Source: Candidatus Methylomirabilota bacterium
GTDB taxonomy: Bacteria; Methylomirabilota; Methylomirabilia; Rokubacteriales; CSP1-6
Assembly: GCA_046726415.1 (NCBI GenBank)
Contig: JBKPAK010000262.1
Coordinates: 1 to 46,625, forward strand
Direction of reading: 5' to 3'
DNA length: 46,625 bases
Position numbers and translations under genes: made by a program. Of this stretch, positions 29,257 to 38,956 are shown piece by piece; the first letter of the stretch is position 1, and the number at the start of each line of letters is the position of its first letter. The notes under the pieces were generated by a model that had not been told where the DNA came from, did not search any database, and saw only the letters and a list, made by a program, of their open reading frames with translations.

Positions 29257-32200
29257 ATGGCCAACTTCTTCATCCGGCGACCGATCGTTGCCATCGTCAT
29301 CTCGATCCTCACCGTCCTGCTGGGTGTCGTCACCATCAAAGGCCTGTCGATCGAGCAGTACCCGTTTCTCGCCCCCCCGAACATCCGTGTGACCGCCACC
29401 TACCCCGGTGCCTCCGCCGAGGCGGTGGAGCAGTCGGTGGCCACCCCGATCGAGCAGGAGGTCAATGGCGTCGATCGCCTCATCTACGTGAAGTCGTCGA
29501 ACACCAGCGACGGACGGATGCTGCTCGACGTCAACTTCGAAGTGGGGACGGACCAGGACATCGCCAACGTCCTCACGCAGAACCGGGTCTCGTCGGCGCA
29601 GGCGCGCCTGCCTCAGGAGGTCATCCAGCAGGGCGTCACGGTCAAGAAGCAGAGCCCCAGCATCCTGATGTTGATCTCGGTCTACTCGCCCCACGACTCG
29701 TACGACGCCAACTTCCTGATCAACTACGCCGGCATCAATCTGCGCGACCAGCTTCTGCGGATTCCCGGGATCGCGCAGGTGGACCTCTTCGGCGGGACCG
29801 ATTACGGCATGCGGATCTGGATCCAGCCCGACAAGCTGGCCAAGCTGGGCTTGACTCCGGCCGATGTCATCGCGGCCATCAAGGAGCAGAATCTCCAGGC
29901 GCCCGCGGGGAAGATCGGCGGCGCGCCCACCCCCCCGACCCAGGCGTTCACGGAGACGGTGAGCGCCCCGGGACGCCTGGTCACCGCGGCCGAGTTCGAG
30001 AACATCATCGTGCGCCAGGCGGCTACCGGGGCCGTGGTCCGGATCAAGGACATCGGGCGGGCCGATCTCGGTTCGCAGGACTACAACTCCTTCGGGCGGC
30101 TGAACGGCAAGCCGGCGGGGGCGATGGCGGTCTACCTCTTGCCGGGCGCCAATCAGCTCAAGGCGGCCGAGTCGATCTACGCGACCATGGAGCGGGCCAA
30201 GGGGCTCTTTCCGCCCGACGTGGACTACAAGATCGTCTACGACACCACCCCTGCCGTCGAGGCCTCGATCCACGAGATCCTCAAGACGTTCGTCGAGGCG
30301 CTGATCCTGGTGACGCTGGTGGTCTTCATCTTCCTCCAGAACTTCCGGGCAACGATCATCCCGCTGATCACCATCCCGGTCTCGCTCATCGGCACGTTCA
30401 TCTTCTTTCCCGTCCTCGGCTTCTCCGTCAACACGCTTTCCATGTTCGGCCTCGTGCTGGCCATCGGCATCGTCGTGGACGACGCCATCGTGGTGGTGGA
30501 GGCGGTCATCCACCACCTCGAGCACGGGATGGGTCCCAGAGAGGCCACCATCAGGGCCATGGAGGAGGTCTCGGCCCCGGTCATCGGGATCGCTTTGATC
30601 CTGTCGGCGGTGTTCGTCCCGGTGGCCCTTCTGGGGGGGCTGGTCGGAAGCATGTACAAGCAGTTCGCCCTGACCATCGCCATCTCGGTGCTGCTGTCGG
30701 CGTTCAACGCGCTATCGCTGACGCCCGCGCTCTGCGCCATGCTCCTCAAGCCGCCGCGCCCCATGCGGGGCCCCCTGGGCGCGTTCTTCCGCGGCTTCAA
30801 CAAGGTCTTCGACGTCACCACGTCGGGTTACGTGGGCGTGTCGCGCCTGCTCGTGCGCCGCTCGTTCCTCACGATCGCGATCGTCGCTGTGGTGGCGGTG
30901 GGGGCCGGACTCCTCGGCACGGCGCTCCCGGCGGGGTTCATCCCGGACGAGGACCAGGGCATCTTGGGCGTCAACGTGCAGCTTCCGCCCGGTGCCTCGC
31001 TCGCGCGCACGAGCGAGGTGCTCAAGAAAGTGGAAGACATCCTGGCCAAGACCGAGGGGATCGACTCCTTCCAGACGATCGGCGGATACGGCGCGGTCAC
31101 CAACACGTATCAGCCGAACTACGGGTCGCTGTTCGCGCGGTTGAAGCCGTGGGAGGAGCGGACGGGTGAGGCCCTGCATGTGAAGGGTATCATGGCGGGG
31201 CTGGCGCAGCAGTTCGCGGCCATCCCGGACGCGGTCATCTTCCCGTTCAACATCCCGACCCTGGCCGGGTTCGGCGCCGCCTCGGGATTCAACTTTCTCA
31301 TCCAGGATCGCAGCGGCTCCATGACGGTCCAGCAGCTCGGGGAACTGAGCGGGAAATTTCTCGCCGCCGGCCGGGCCCGGCCGGAGCTGGGCACCGTCTT
31401 CACCTCGTTCGACCCCAGCTATCCCCAGGTCAAGGTGGAACTCGACCGGGAGAAGGCCCGCACGCTGGGCGTCCCCGTCAACGAGGTGTTCCAGGCGATG
31501 TCGACCGCGCTGGGCGGCGCGTTCGTCAACGACTTCAACCGCTTCGGTCGGTTGTACCGGGTCTACGTGCAAGCCGATGCGGAAGCCCGCCTGAAGGCGG
31601 ACGACATCGGCCGGATCTACGTCCGCTCGAAGACCACCAACTCCATGGTTCCACTGTCCACCCTGGTCACCATCAAGCGCATCGCCGGCACCGAGCTCAC
31701 CACTCGGTTCAACCTGCTACGCTCCGTGGAAATCCAGGGCGCCCCCGCCCGAGGCTACACGTCCGGCCAGGCACTGGCCGCCCTCGAGCAGGTCTTCGCG
31801 GAAACCATGCCGAAGGAAATGGGCTTCGCCTACGCCTCGCTGTCCTATCAGGAGACGATCGCCCCGCCCGCCGCGCCCACGTTCATCATGGCCATCGTCT
31901 GCGTGTTCCTCTTGCTGGCCGCGATGTACGAGAGCTGGCGGCTGCCCTGGGCGGTGCTCCTGGGTTCGCCGCTGGTGGCCCTGGGCGCCTTCTTCGGCGT
32001 CTGGTTGATGGGCTACGACAACAACGTCTACGTGCAGATCGGCCTGGTGATGCTCATCGGTCTGGCCGCCAAGAACGCCATCCTCATCGTGGAATTCGCC
32101 AAGGCGAAGCACGAGGAGGGCGCCTCCCTCGAGGAATCCGCGCTCGAATCGGCCCGCCTGCGCTTCCGGCCGATCTTGATGACCGCGTTCGCGTTCATCC

Positions 32201-32439
32201 TGGGGGTGGTCCCGCTGATGCTGGCCAGCGGGGCGGGAGCGGGCGCCCAGAATGTGATGGGCACCGGGGTGTTCTGGGGCATGTTGATCGCCACGGCGCT
32301 GGGCGTGTTCATCATCCCCGGCAATTTCGCGTTCGTCGAAGGGCTGGGCCGGCGCCGGCGAGCCGCACCACGGGCTGCCGTTCCCGCACCCGGACATGCC
32401 GCCGCCGGCACCGGGCCCCTTCCCGGAGAATCGCACTGA
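29257..32439 (+). CDS. RND efflux permease (HAE1, AcrB/MexB-like)
   Basis: MANFFIRRPI, YPGASAE, LAIGIVVDDAIVVVE, AAKNAILIVEFA and RFRPILMT motifs; 1060 aa. Confidence 0.96.
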   Translation: MANFFIRRPIVAIVISILTVLLGVVTIKGLSIEQYPFLAPPNIRVTATYPGASAEAVEQSVATPIEQEVNGVDRLIYVKSSNTSDGRMLLDVNFEVGTDQDIANVLTQNRVSSAQARLPQEVIQQGVTVKKQSPSILMLISVYSPHDSYDANFLINYAGINLRDQLLRIPGIAQVDLFGGTDYGMRIWIQPDKLAKLGLTPADVIAAIKEQNLQAPAGKIGGAPTPPTQAFTETVSAPGRLVTAAEFENIIVRQAATGAVVRIKDIGRADLGSQDYNSFGRLNGKPAGAMAVYLLPGANQLKAAESIYATMERAKGLFPPDVDYKIVYDTTPAVEASIHEILKTFVEALILVTLVVFIFLQNFRATIIPLITIPVSLIGTFIFFPVLGFSVNTLSMFGLVLAIGIVVDDAIVVVEAVIHHLEHGMGPREATIRAMEEVSAPVIGIALILSAVFVPVALLGGLVGSMYKQFALTIAISVLLSAFNALSLTPALCAMLLKPPRPMRGPLGAFFRGFNKVFDVTTSGYVGVSRLLVRRSFLTIAIVAVVAVGAGLLGTALPAGFIPDEDQGILGVNVQLPPGASLARTSEVLKKVEDILAKTEGIDSFQTIGGYGAVTNTYQPNYGSLFARLKPWEERTGEALHVKGIMAGLAQQFAAIPDAVIFPFNIPTLAGFGAASGFNFLIQDRSGSMTVQQLGELSGKFLAAGRARPELGTVFTSFDPSYPQVKVELDREKARTLGVPVNEVFQAMSTALGGAFVNDFNRFGRLYRVYVQADAEARLKADDIGRIYVRSKTTNSMVPLSTLVTIKRIAGTELTTRFNLLRSVEIQGAPARGYTSGQALAALEQVFAETMPKEMGFAYASLSYQETIAPPAAPTFIMAIVCVFLLLAAMYESWRLPWAVLLGSPLVALGAFFGVWLMGYDNNVYVQIGLVMLIGLAAKNAILIVEFAKAKHEEGASLEESALESARLRFRPILMTAFAFILGVVPLMLASGAGAGAQNVMGTGVFWGMLIATALGVFIIPGNFAFVEGLGRRRRAAPRAAVPAPGHAAAGTGPLPGESH

Positions 32440-33992
32440 TGCGACGGACGCTCTGCGGCCTGCTGACCGCCCTCGCCCTCACGGGCTGCACGGTGGGCCC
32501 CGACTATCGGCGTCCCCCCCTGAACATTCCCAACACCTATCGAGGGCCTTCACCGGCCGCGATCGTCCAGCAGCGGGCCTTCGCCGACCTGGAATGGTGG
32601 AAGCTGTTCCAGGACGAACAACTTCAAGCTTTGATCGACACGGCCCTGGAGCAGAACTACGATCTTCGCATCGCGGCCACGCGCATCCTTCAGGCCCGGG
32701 CCCAGGTCACCATCGCTCGGTCATTCCAGTTTCCGACGGCCGACGCGGTCGCGGCGGCACCGCTTGACCAATTGGCCGGTGGAAACAGGCCGCCGTCCGG
32801 GGCGGCGGGTCCGGCCATCGCCCTGGACCAGACCTTCCTCCCCCAGGGCGGGTTGAGCCTCGCCTGGGAACTCGACCTCTGGGGGCGCTTCCGGCGAGCC
32901 ACCGAGGCGGCGCGGGCCGAGCTGTTGGCGTCTGAAGACTTTCGGGCGGCGGTGGTCTTGACCCTCATCAGCGACGTGGCCCGTGCCTACTTCGAGCTGC
33001 GGGAACTGGACCTGGAGCTGGAGATCTCTCGGCAGACGCTGGCCTCCCGCGCCGAGTATGTGCGTCTCACCAAGGCCCGGGAGGAGGGAGGCGTGGCCAC
33101 GCTCATGGAGGTCCGCCAGGCCGAGCAGCTCTATTACGGCGCGGCGGCGATCATCTCAGATCTCCAAGGGCGCATCCAGCTTCAAGAAAACCTGATCAGC
33201 GTCCTGATCGGAATGAACCCCGAGACCATCCGGCGCGGGCGCCCCCTCACCGAGCAGGCCCTGGCTCCGAGCCTTCCGCCCGGGCTGACGTCCGAACTCT
33301 TGCGCCGCCGGCCCGACATCCTCCTGGCCGAGCAACAACTGGTGGCAGCCAACGCGCGAATCGGAGAGGCCAAGGCCCTTCTCTTTCCCGCAGTCGTGAT
33401 CTCGGGGTTCGCCGGGGTGGGCGGCGCGGTCATCAATGGATCGGCCTTCGGTCCATTCGGAGCATTCCAGGCCCTCCCGACCGTCACGCTCCCCGTCTTC
33501 AACGCAGGCCGCTTGCGGGCCAACGTGGACTTCAACGACGCGACGACCCAAGAGGCGGTCCTCCGGTACCAGCAGGTGATCCTTCAGGCGTTCCGGGAGG
33601 TCTCCGACGGGCTATTCGACTACCGCCGGCAGCAGGGGGTTCGCGCAGAGACGGAGGCGACGGTCCAGACTCAGCGAGACGCGTTACGTCTCGCCAACTT
33701 GCGCTACGAAGGTGGAGTGACCAGCTTCCTGGAGGTCTTGATCACGGAGCGCGACTTGTTCGATTTCGAGCTGGCACTGGCGCGCGTCCAGCGGGACGAA
33801 TTGCTGGCCGTTGTTCGACTCTATCGGGCCCTGGGCGGCGGCTGGCAGAGCGAGCCGCCCCCGCCGCCGTCAGCGGCAATCCGGGAATCCGACGCTCACG
33901 GCGCCAGCCGCCCAGCAGGAGCGGGAGGGGCCGAGCCGGCTCCTTCCACGGCCGGGGCGCGAACGGCCCCAGTGTCGAAGTCGGCTCGATAG
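32439..33992 (+). CDS. RND outer-membrane factor lipoprotein (NodT/OprM family)
   Basis: LTGCTVGPDYRRP, WELDLWG, RRPDILLAE and LYRALGGGW motifs. Confidence 0.94.
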   Translation: MRRTLCGLLTALALTGCTVGPDYRRPPLNIPNTYRGPSPAAIVQQRAFADLEWWKLFQDEQLQALIDTALEQNYDLRIAATRILQARAQVTIARSFQFPTADAVAAAPLDQLAGGNRPPSGAAGPAIALDQTFLPQGGLSLAWELDLWGRFRRATEAARAELLASEDFRAAVVLTLISDVARAYFELRELDLELEISRQTLASRAEYVRLTKAREEGGVATLMEVRQAEQLYYGAAAIISDLQGRIQLQENLISVLIGMNPETIRRGRPLTEQALAPSLPPGLTSELLRRRPDILLAEQQLVAANARIGEAKALLFPAVVISGFAGVGGAVINGSAFGPFGAFQALPTVTLPVFNAGRLRANVDFNDATTQEAVLRYQQVILQAFREVSDGLFDYRRQQGVRAETEATVQTQRDALRLANLRYEGGVTSFLEVLITERDLFDFELALARVQRDELLAVVRLYRALGGGWQSEPPPPPSAAIRESDAHGASRPAGAGGAEPAPSTAGARTAPVSKSAR

Positions 33993-33999
33993 CGAGATG

Positions 34000-34243
34000 G
34001 CCTGGCGGTGAACGGCTTCACCCGCGGGCCGGCGCCAGGCCGGCGTGGACTCCGCGGAATCGCGGACCCACGAGGCGCTCCTCCGTTACCAGCAGACGAT
34101 CCAGCGGGCCTTCCGCGAAGTGGGTGACGCCCTGGTGGCCTACGCGAAGAACGGCGAATTCCCGGTGGATGTGGATAAGGAGGCGCTCGTCGCCACCCTC
34201 CGCAACGCCGTCGACCTTGCCAACCTCCGCTACCAGAGCGGCG
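34000..34243 (+). pseudogene. Fragment of a second, diverged outer-membrane factor
   Basis: AGRRQAGVDSAESRTHEALLRYQQTIQRAFREVGDAL...LANLRYQSG parallels the C-terminus of 32439-33992. Confidence 0.75.
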
Positions 34244-34350
34244 CCCCACAGCTCCTACTTCGGCTTGCTGAACTCGAAATGATAGGGACCGGCTCCGGCG
34301 CGGCCTGAGCCGACGATGGCCCAGGTGTCACCCCGGTCCAGCACGGCCGA

Positions 34351-34409
34351 CGCCGCCATCGCTCTCTCCATGAAGGAGTTCAACCCGGACAGCACGTGGA
34401 AGAAGATCT
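34351..34409 (+). repeat. Exact 59-bp direct repeat, copy 2
   Basis: Identical to 25533-25591. The stop codon at its end is TGA instead of TAG. Confidence 0.95.
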
Positions 34410-34444
34410 GAGCGCCCGCGCGCGCACGCTCGATGGGCGACCCG

Positions 34445-34785
34445 TCACGGCTTTCGGGTAGCGCGCTCGGCGGCGAGCTGTCCCTGGCGGGCAAAGTCGA
34501 TCGTCTCGCCCAGGATGCGCGCCATCTCCTGGGGGGCGTGGAAGCCCATGGAGTTCTCGGCGGCCACGAAGTCGAGCCGCCACTGGGCCTTGCGCTGGAG
34601 CGCCTGGGTGGCCTGGACGTCCGCCTCCCGCGCGCCGGCCTTGCGGGCGGCCACGATGGCGTCGAGCAGGTCGGTCGTGGCCGCGGCCGCCCCCTGGAGC
34701 AGCTCGTTGTGCCGGTCCTGGATGATCAGGACGCGGCTCTCGAGCTCCTTCTCCGGGACGGTGTGGCAGGCCTGGCAGGCCTTTC
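34445..34785 (-). pseudogene. nrfA: C-terminal fragment of cytochrome c552 nitrite reductase
   Basis: ACQACH (last heme motif)...[23 protein letters not shown]. No other heme motifs upstream. Confidence 0.8.
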
Positions 34786-35084
34786 GGGCGCCGCGGTGGG
34801 GATCGTGGCCCGCGACCGCGAGTGGGGTGGGGAGCCGTAGGGCGTGGCCGAGAAGCACGGGGTCTCCCTTCCGTGGCGGCGAGCGGCGACGCTCCGTCCG
34901 CGGGAGGACGACGAACGTGGCCGGGGCCTCGAACACGCCTGGGTCGAAGTCCCCTCCCGCCACGAGGCTAACACGTCGGCCGGAGTGGCCGGGGACCGCC
35001 AGTCCTTCCTGAGGCATGGGACAATGAGCGGGCTCCTGGCGGCTGCTTTCGCCGGGGTGAGGGAGCCGTGGTGAGGAGGCTGAC

Positions 35085-35846
35085 ATGGCGACCCCGATGA
35101 GGCTCGAACGCTCTCGCGTGACCGACGAGATCCTGGCCATCCGCGAGCGCTGGCACACCAAGAACCATCCATTCTTCCGAGCCTTCGGTGAAGGCGCGCT
35201 GCCGCTGCGCGCGATGGGCGTGTACCTGGCGATGCACTGGCAGTTCGTGCAGCGCGCCCTCGCGAGCTTCGGGATCTTCTTCACGCGCACCTTTGCCTAC
35301 GAGGACGTGCGCAAGATGATCGTGGAGAACCTCGCCGAGGAGGAAGGGCTGAAGGCAATCCCGCGCGAAGGCCACGTGCCCCACGACCACGGCGAGCTGA
35401 TCTTCCGCTTTTGCAAGGTCGCGGGCTTCTCGGAAGCCGAGGTGCGCGCCATGAAGATGACGCCGGCATGGTGGGGTCGCGCTCTGCACTATTACCAGAC
35501 CGCGCTGCAGGAGCCGATCGGCGTGGTCCTCGCGATGCAGGCCACCCAGGAGGGCCAGCAACCCGCGCTCAATACCGAGGTCGTGCTGCCGGCTTTGGCC
35601 AGGCACTACGGCTATCCGGCGGGCTCGCCCGAGATCGAGTTCTTCACCGAGCACGCCGAAGCGGACGTCGAGCACAGCCACCGTCAGGCGCAGCTGTGTA
35701 CCAGATATCTCGACGACGACGTGGTGAAGGCCCGCGCGCTCGAGGTGGCGGAACAGGCCTGCATGCTGCGCTGGGCATCGATCACCGATCTCTACCGACG
35801 CGATGTTCTCGGCGAGCGAGACATCCTGCCGCCCGGAGTGAGCTGA
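35085..35846 (+). CDS. Heme-oxygenase-like diiron enzyme (TenA/PqqC/CADD fold)
   Basis: [12 protein letters not shown]...H, QE and [12 protein letters not shown] ligand pattern. GAGGAGG RBS. Confidence 0.8.
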   Translation: MATPMRLERSRVTDEILAIRERWHTKNHPFFRAFGEGALPLRAMGVYLAMHWQFVQRALASFGIFFTRTFAYEDVRKMIVENLAEEEGLKAIPREGHVPHDHGELIFRFCKVAGFSEAEVRAMKMTPAWWGRALHYYQTALQEPIGVVLAMQATQEGQQPALNTEVVLPALARHYGYPAGSPEIEFFTEHAEADVEHSHRQAQLCTRYLDDDVVKARALEVAEQACMLRWASITDLYRRDVLGERDILPPGVS

Positions 35847-35950
35847 GATGCCATCCGGCGTCGACCCGCGATGAACCGCTCCGGGCCGGCGGCCCACGTG
35901 GTCCGGCAGCACCACGCCACCGGGAACGTCGGGCTGATCATCGGACGGCC

Positions 35951-37120
35951 ATGACGCCCGAAGAGTATCTCGACCGTGTTCGCGATCTGCTCCCGGTCTT
36001 GCGCGAGCGCGCTGTCCACGCCGAGCAGCTCCGGCGGCTGCCCGACGAGACCTTCAAGGACTTCCAGGCGGTGGGGCTCTTTCGCTGCCTGCAACCCCGC
36101 CGCTACGAGGGCTACGAGCTCGACCCCGGCACGTTCTACCAGGCCATCATGGAGATCGGTACCGTCTGCGGCTCGAGCGCCTGGATCCTCGGGGTCGTCG
36201 GTGTCCACAACTGGCACCTGGCGCTCTTCCCGCCCCAGGCCCAGGAGGACGTCTGGGGCGAAGACACGAGCATCCAGCTCTCGACCTCGCTCGCGCCGAC
36301 GGGCACCGTCGAGCGCGTCGACGGGGGCTTTCGGCTGCGCGGTCGCTGGTCGTTCTCCAGCATGTGCGATCACTGCCAGTGGGCGGTGCTGGGCGGTCTG
36401 GTGCCGCCGACTCGCGACGGCGATCCCCCTGACGCGCGGACCTTTCTCGTGCCTCGCCGCGACTACGCGATCGAGGACAACTGGTACGTCATGGGGCTCA
36501 GCGGCACCGGGAGCAAGAATTTGGTGGTGGACGACGCCTTCGTGCCCCAGTACCGGACGCACTCGTACCGCGATGCATTCCTTCTCAAGAATCCTGGCGC
36601 CGCCGTGAACGATGGCCCGCTGTACCGGCTCCCCTTTGGCCTCGTCTTTCCGGCGTGTATCGCCTCTCCGGCCGTCGGCGTGGCGTTGGGCGCGGTCGAG
36701 ACCTTTCGCGAGCAGTCGAAGAAGCGCCTGTCCGCGCGCGACCGGACGCGGGTGGCCGAGGATCCGTTCGTTCAGCTCCACCTCGCAGAGTCGGCCGCCG
36801 AGGTGGACGCCGCGCGCGCACGTCTGCTGGCCAACTTCGCGGAGATGATGCGCCTGGTCTCGGCCGGGAAGGAGATCCCCCTGACCCACCGAGCCCGCTA
36901 CCGGTGGGACGCGGCCAAGGCCGTGGAGTGGAGCGTGCAGGCGGTCGATCGCCTGTTCGAGGCTAGCGGCGGCGGCGGGATCTACCTGAGCAACCCGATC
37001 CAGCGCGCCTGGCGCGACGTGCACGCCATGCGGGCACACGCGGGCAACAATCCCGAGAAGGCGGCCGCGGTGTTCGGCCGCTCGGAGTTCGATCTGCCGC
37101 CTCTGGACATTCGCTTCTAG
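35951..37120 (+). CDS. Two-component flavin-dependent monooxygenase, oxygenase subunit (HsaA/acyl-CoA dehydrogenase fold)
   Basis: AEQLRRLPDET, CGSSAW, FPPQAQEDVWG, GRWSFSS.CDH, WYVMGLSGTGS and IQRAWRDVHA motifs. Confidence 0.88.
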   Translation: MTPEEYLDRVRDLLPVLRERAVHAEQLRRLPDETFKDFQAVGLFRCLQPRRYEGYELDPGTFYQAIMEIGTVCGSSAWILGVVGVHNWHLALFPPQAQEDVWGEDTSIQLSTSLAPTGTVERVDGGFRLRGRWSFSSMCDHCQWAVLGGLVPPTRDGDPPDARTFLVPRRDYAIEDNWYVMGLSGTGSKNLVVDDAFVPQYRTHSYRDAFLLKNPGAAVNDGPLYRLPFGLVFPACIASPAVGVALGAVETFREQSKKRLSARDRTRVAEDPFVQLHLAESAAEVDAARARLLANFAEMMRLVSAGKEIPLTHRARYRWDAAKAVEWSVQAVDRLFEASGGGGIYLSNPIQRAWRDVHAMRAHAGNNPEKAAAVFGRSEFDLPPLDIRF

Positions 37121-37241
37121 ATTCTCGTCGCCGCGGCGCGATCGAGAGCCGCCAAGGCGGCGAGCGCCGGCGGGCAGCCTGTCGGCACATCGCGCACGGT
37201 CGCCGGTTCATGTCGATGGCGCCCTACCGAGTTCTGAGGCA

Positions 37242-37907
37242 TCACGGAGCGAGCGCGGCGCCGCCCCAGCGCTCTCGCATCGCGAACTCCGCAACGGTTT
37301 TGCGCCTGAGCCGGGTGAGCGTCCTGGCCGGCCGACCGAGCGGCATGACCGCGCACACCGCAACGTGGTGCGGGATGCCGAGCAGCGCCTTGATGGCCGG
37401 CTCTTCGGCCACCGCGAGGGTGGTGATGGTTCCGGCGAAGCCCTCGTGGCGGGCGGCCAGCAGGATGTTCCAGGCGAAGGGATAGATGGAAGCGCCGGCG
37501 ACCACTCCCAGGCGCGACAGATGCTGATCGGTGGCCGCCACGACCTTCAGGTCGACGCAAATGACGAGGACGACCGGGGCCTGCCGGATGGGCTCGGTCA
37601 AGCGGGCGGGCGCCGGCGTGCGGTCGATGGTCGCGCGGTCGACGGCCGGAGGGTCAATGGGATTCCACGGGTTCTCCCCCGCTTGTACCTGGGCCGCGTA
37701 TCGTTTGGCGGCCGGCGCGCTCAGATCCGCGAGAGCGTCCCGCGTGGCGCGCTCGCGCACGACGATGACGCGCCATCCCTGGCGATTGCCGCCACTTGGC
37801 GCAAAACGCGCGTGATCGAGGATGGCCCCCAGCGCCTCGTCGGAAAGCGGATCGCCGGTAAACTCTCGCGCAGCGAACGCCGTGTGCATGATTGCGTACA
37901 ACTCCAT
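37242..37907 (-). CDS. Nitroreductase-family flavoprotein
   Basis: AAREFT, ARFAPSGGNRQGW and ASIYPFAWNILLAAR motifs. GGAGGAG RBS. Confidence 0.88.
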   Translation of the reverse strand: MELYAIMHTAFAAREFTGDPLSDEALGAILDHARFAPSGGNRQGWRVIVVRERATRDALADLSAPAAKRYAAQVQAGENPWNPIDPPAVDRATIDRTPAPARLTEPIRQAPVVLVICVDLKVVAATDQHLSRLGVVAGASIYPFAWNILLAARHEGFAGTITTLAVAEEPAIKALLGIPHHVAVCAVMPLGRPARTLTRLRRKTVAEFAMRERWGGAALAP

Positions 37908-38017
37908 GAGTCTCCTCCGGTGCACTGGCTTGCAGACCAAGACATTCTCGCGTCGGACATTCTAGAATGTGGTGGGCGACCCGGCGGGGTCGCTTCATTC
38001 GCGACAGGGAGACGACA

Positions 38018-38410
38018 ATGCTCAGGCGAACCGCGACCGTGCTGCTGGTGACGGCGCTCTCGTTGGTGCTCGCGTGGCCCCGGCCCGCCCGCGGCCAGAC
38101 GGTGAAGTATGCGGGAACCGTCCGCGCGTTCGACGGTAGTTCGCTCATCCTCGATGATGTCGGACCCGGGCAGGAGACGCGAACCGAGGCGCCGATCACC
38201 CCCCGCACCATCGCGGTGACCCCCGACACGGCGGTCTTCGTGACCATCCGCGCAGAGGATGCGACGAGCGGATTCGCCGGAGACTATCGCGAGACCCGAG
38301 CCGACCTGTCGGATCTCAAGGCCGGGGCGTTCGTCACCGTGCAGTGTCATCCCGAGGGGCCGCGCTGCCGGGCCGTCAAGCTCATCATCGTCCGCACTGC
38401 CCGCTCGTGA
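38018..38410 (+). CDS. Secreted hypothetical protein (small beta domain)
   Basis: Signal peptide, AGGGAG RBS, and DLKAGAFVTV. Confidence 0.65.
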   Translation: MLRRTATVLLVTALSLVLAWPRPARGQTVKYAGTVRAFDGSSLILDDVGPGQETRTEAPITPRTIAVTPDTAVFVTIRAEDATSGFAGDYRETRADLSDLKAGAFVTVQCHPEGPRCRAVKLIIVRTARS

Positions 38411-38431
38411 GCCGCCGCCGGCCCGGCGCGG

Positions 38432-38956
38432 TCAGCCGCGGAAGGCAAGCCAGCCCACGAGTCCCCCGGCCAGGATGAGCAGCGCGGGATTGATGTGACG
38501 CCAGAGCAGCACGACCGTCACCGCCGCGGCCAGGGCGATGGTGGCGGGGTTGTGAGCGGCCACCCGCGCGATGGCGATGACGCCGGCCCCCATGAGGCCG
38601 ATGACCACCGGGGCCAGACCACGTTGGACGGCGGCGCGCCACGGCGATCCCGCGAAGTGGGCCCACAGGCGGCTCGCGCCCAGGGTGATCAGGCAGGTGG
38701 GGAAAAAGAAACCGACGAGCGCGGCCAGCGCGCCCGGATACCCCGCGACGTGGTAGCCGATCACTGAGACCATCAGCATGTTCGGCCCTGGCGCGATCTG
38801 CCCGAGGCTGTAGATGTCGACGAACTGATCGGCCGTCACCCAGCCCAGCCACGTCACCGTCCAATGCTTCATCTCCGGCAGAATGGCCGTGCCGCCGCCC
38901 ACGGCGAGGATGGACAGGAGACCGAAGACGCCGAGCAGCGACAAAATCGGCGTCAT
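38432..38956 (-). CDS. Short-chain CHR (chromate ion transporter family) subunit
   Basis: LAVGGG, GQIAPGPN and GLAPVVIGL motifs. Overlaps the upstream stop. Confidence 0.88.
   Translation of the reverse strand: MTPILSLLGVFGLLSILAVGGGTAILPEMKHWTVTWLGWVTADQFVDIYSLGQIAPGPNMLMVSVIGYHVAGYPGALAALVGFFFPTCLITLGASRLWAHFAGSPWRAAVQRGLAPVVIGLMGAGVIAIARVAAHNPATIALAAAVTVVLLWRHINPALLILAGGLVGWLAFRG

Noticed and set aside
34790..34930. Possible alpha/beta-hydrolase fragment (ATFVVL...VLLGHA-YG) fused upstream of nrfA'
   Set aside because: Too short and degraded to support without a search.
11504..35000. All frameshifts explained as sequencing error
   Set aside because: Lesions cluster in genes that also have nonsense codons and large deletions, while multi-kb neighbours are clean. 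Single cases (patatin, K channel, DUF3300) could still be errors.
35411..35950. 180-aa N-terminal extension or fusion on the flavin monooxygenase ORF
   Set aside because: It overlaps the HDO gene in another frame and is low-complexity. Family similarity starts at ATG 35951.
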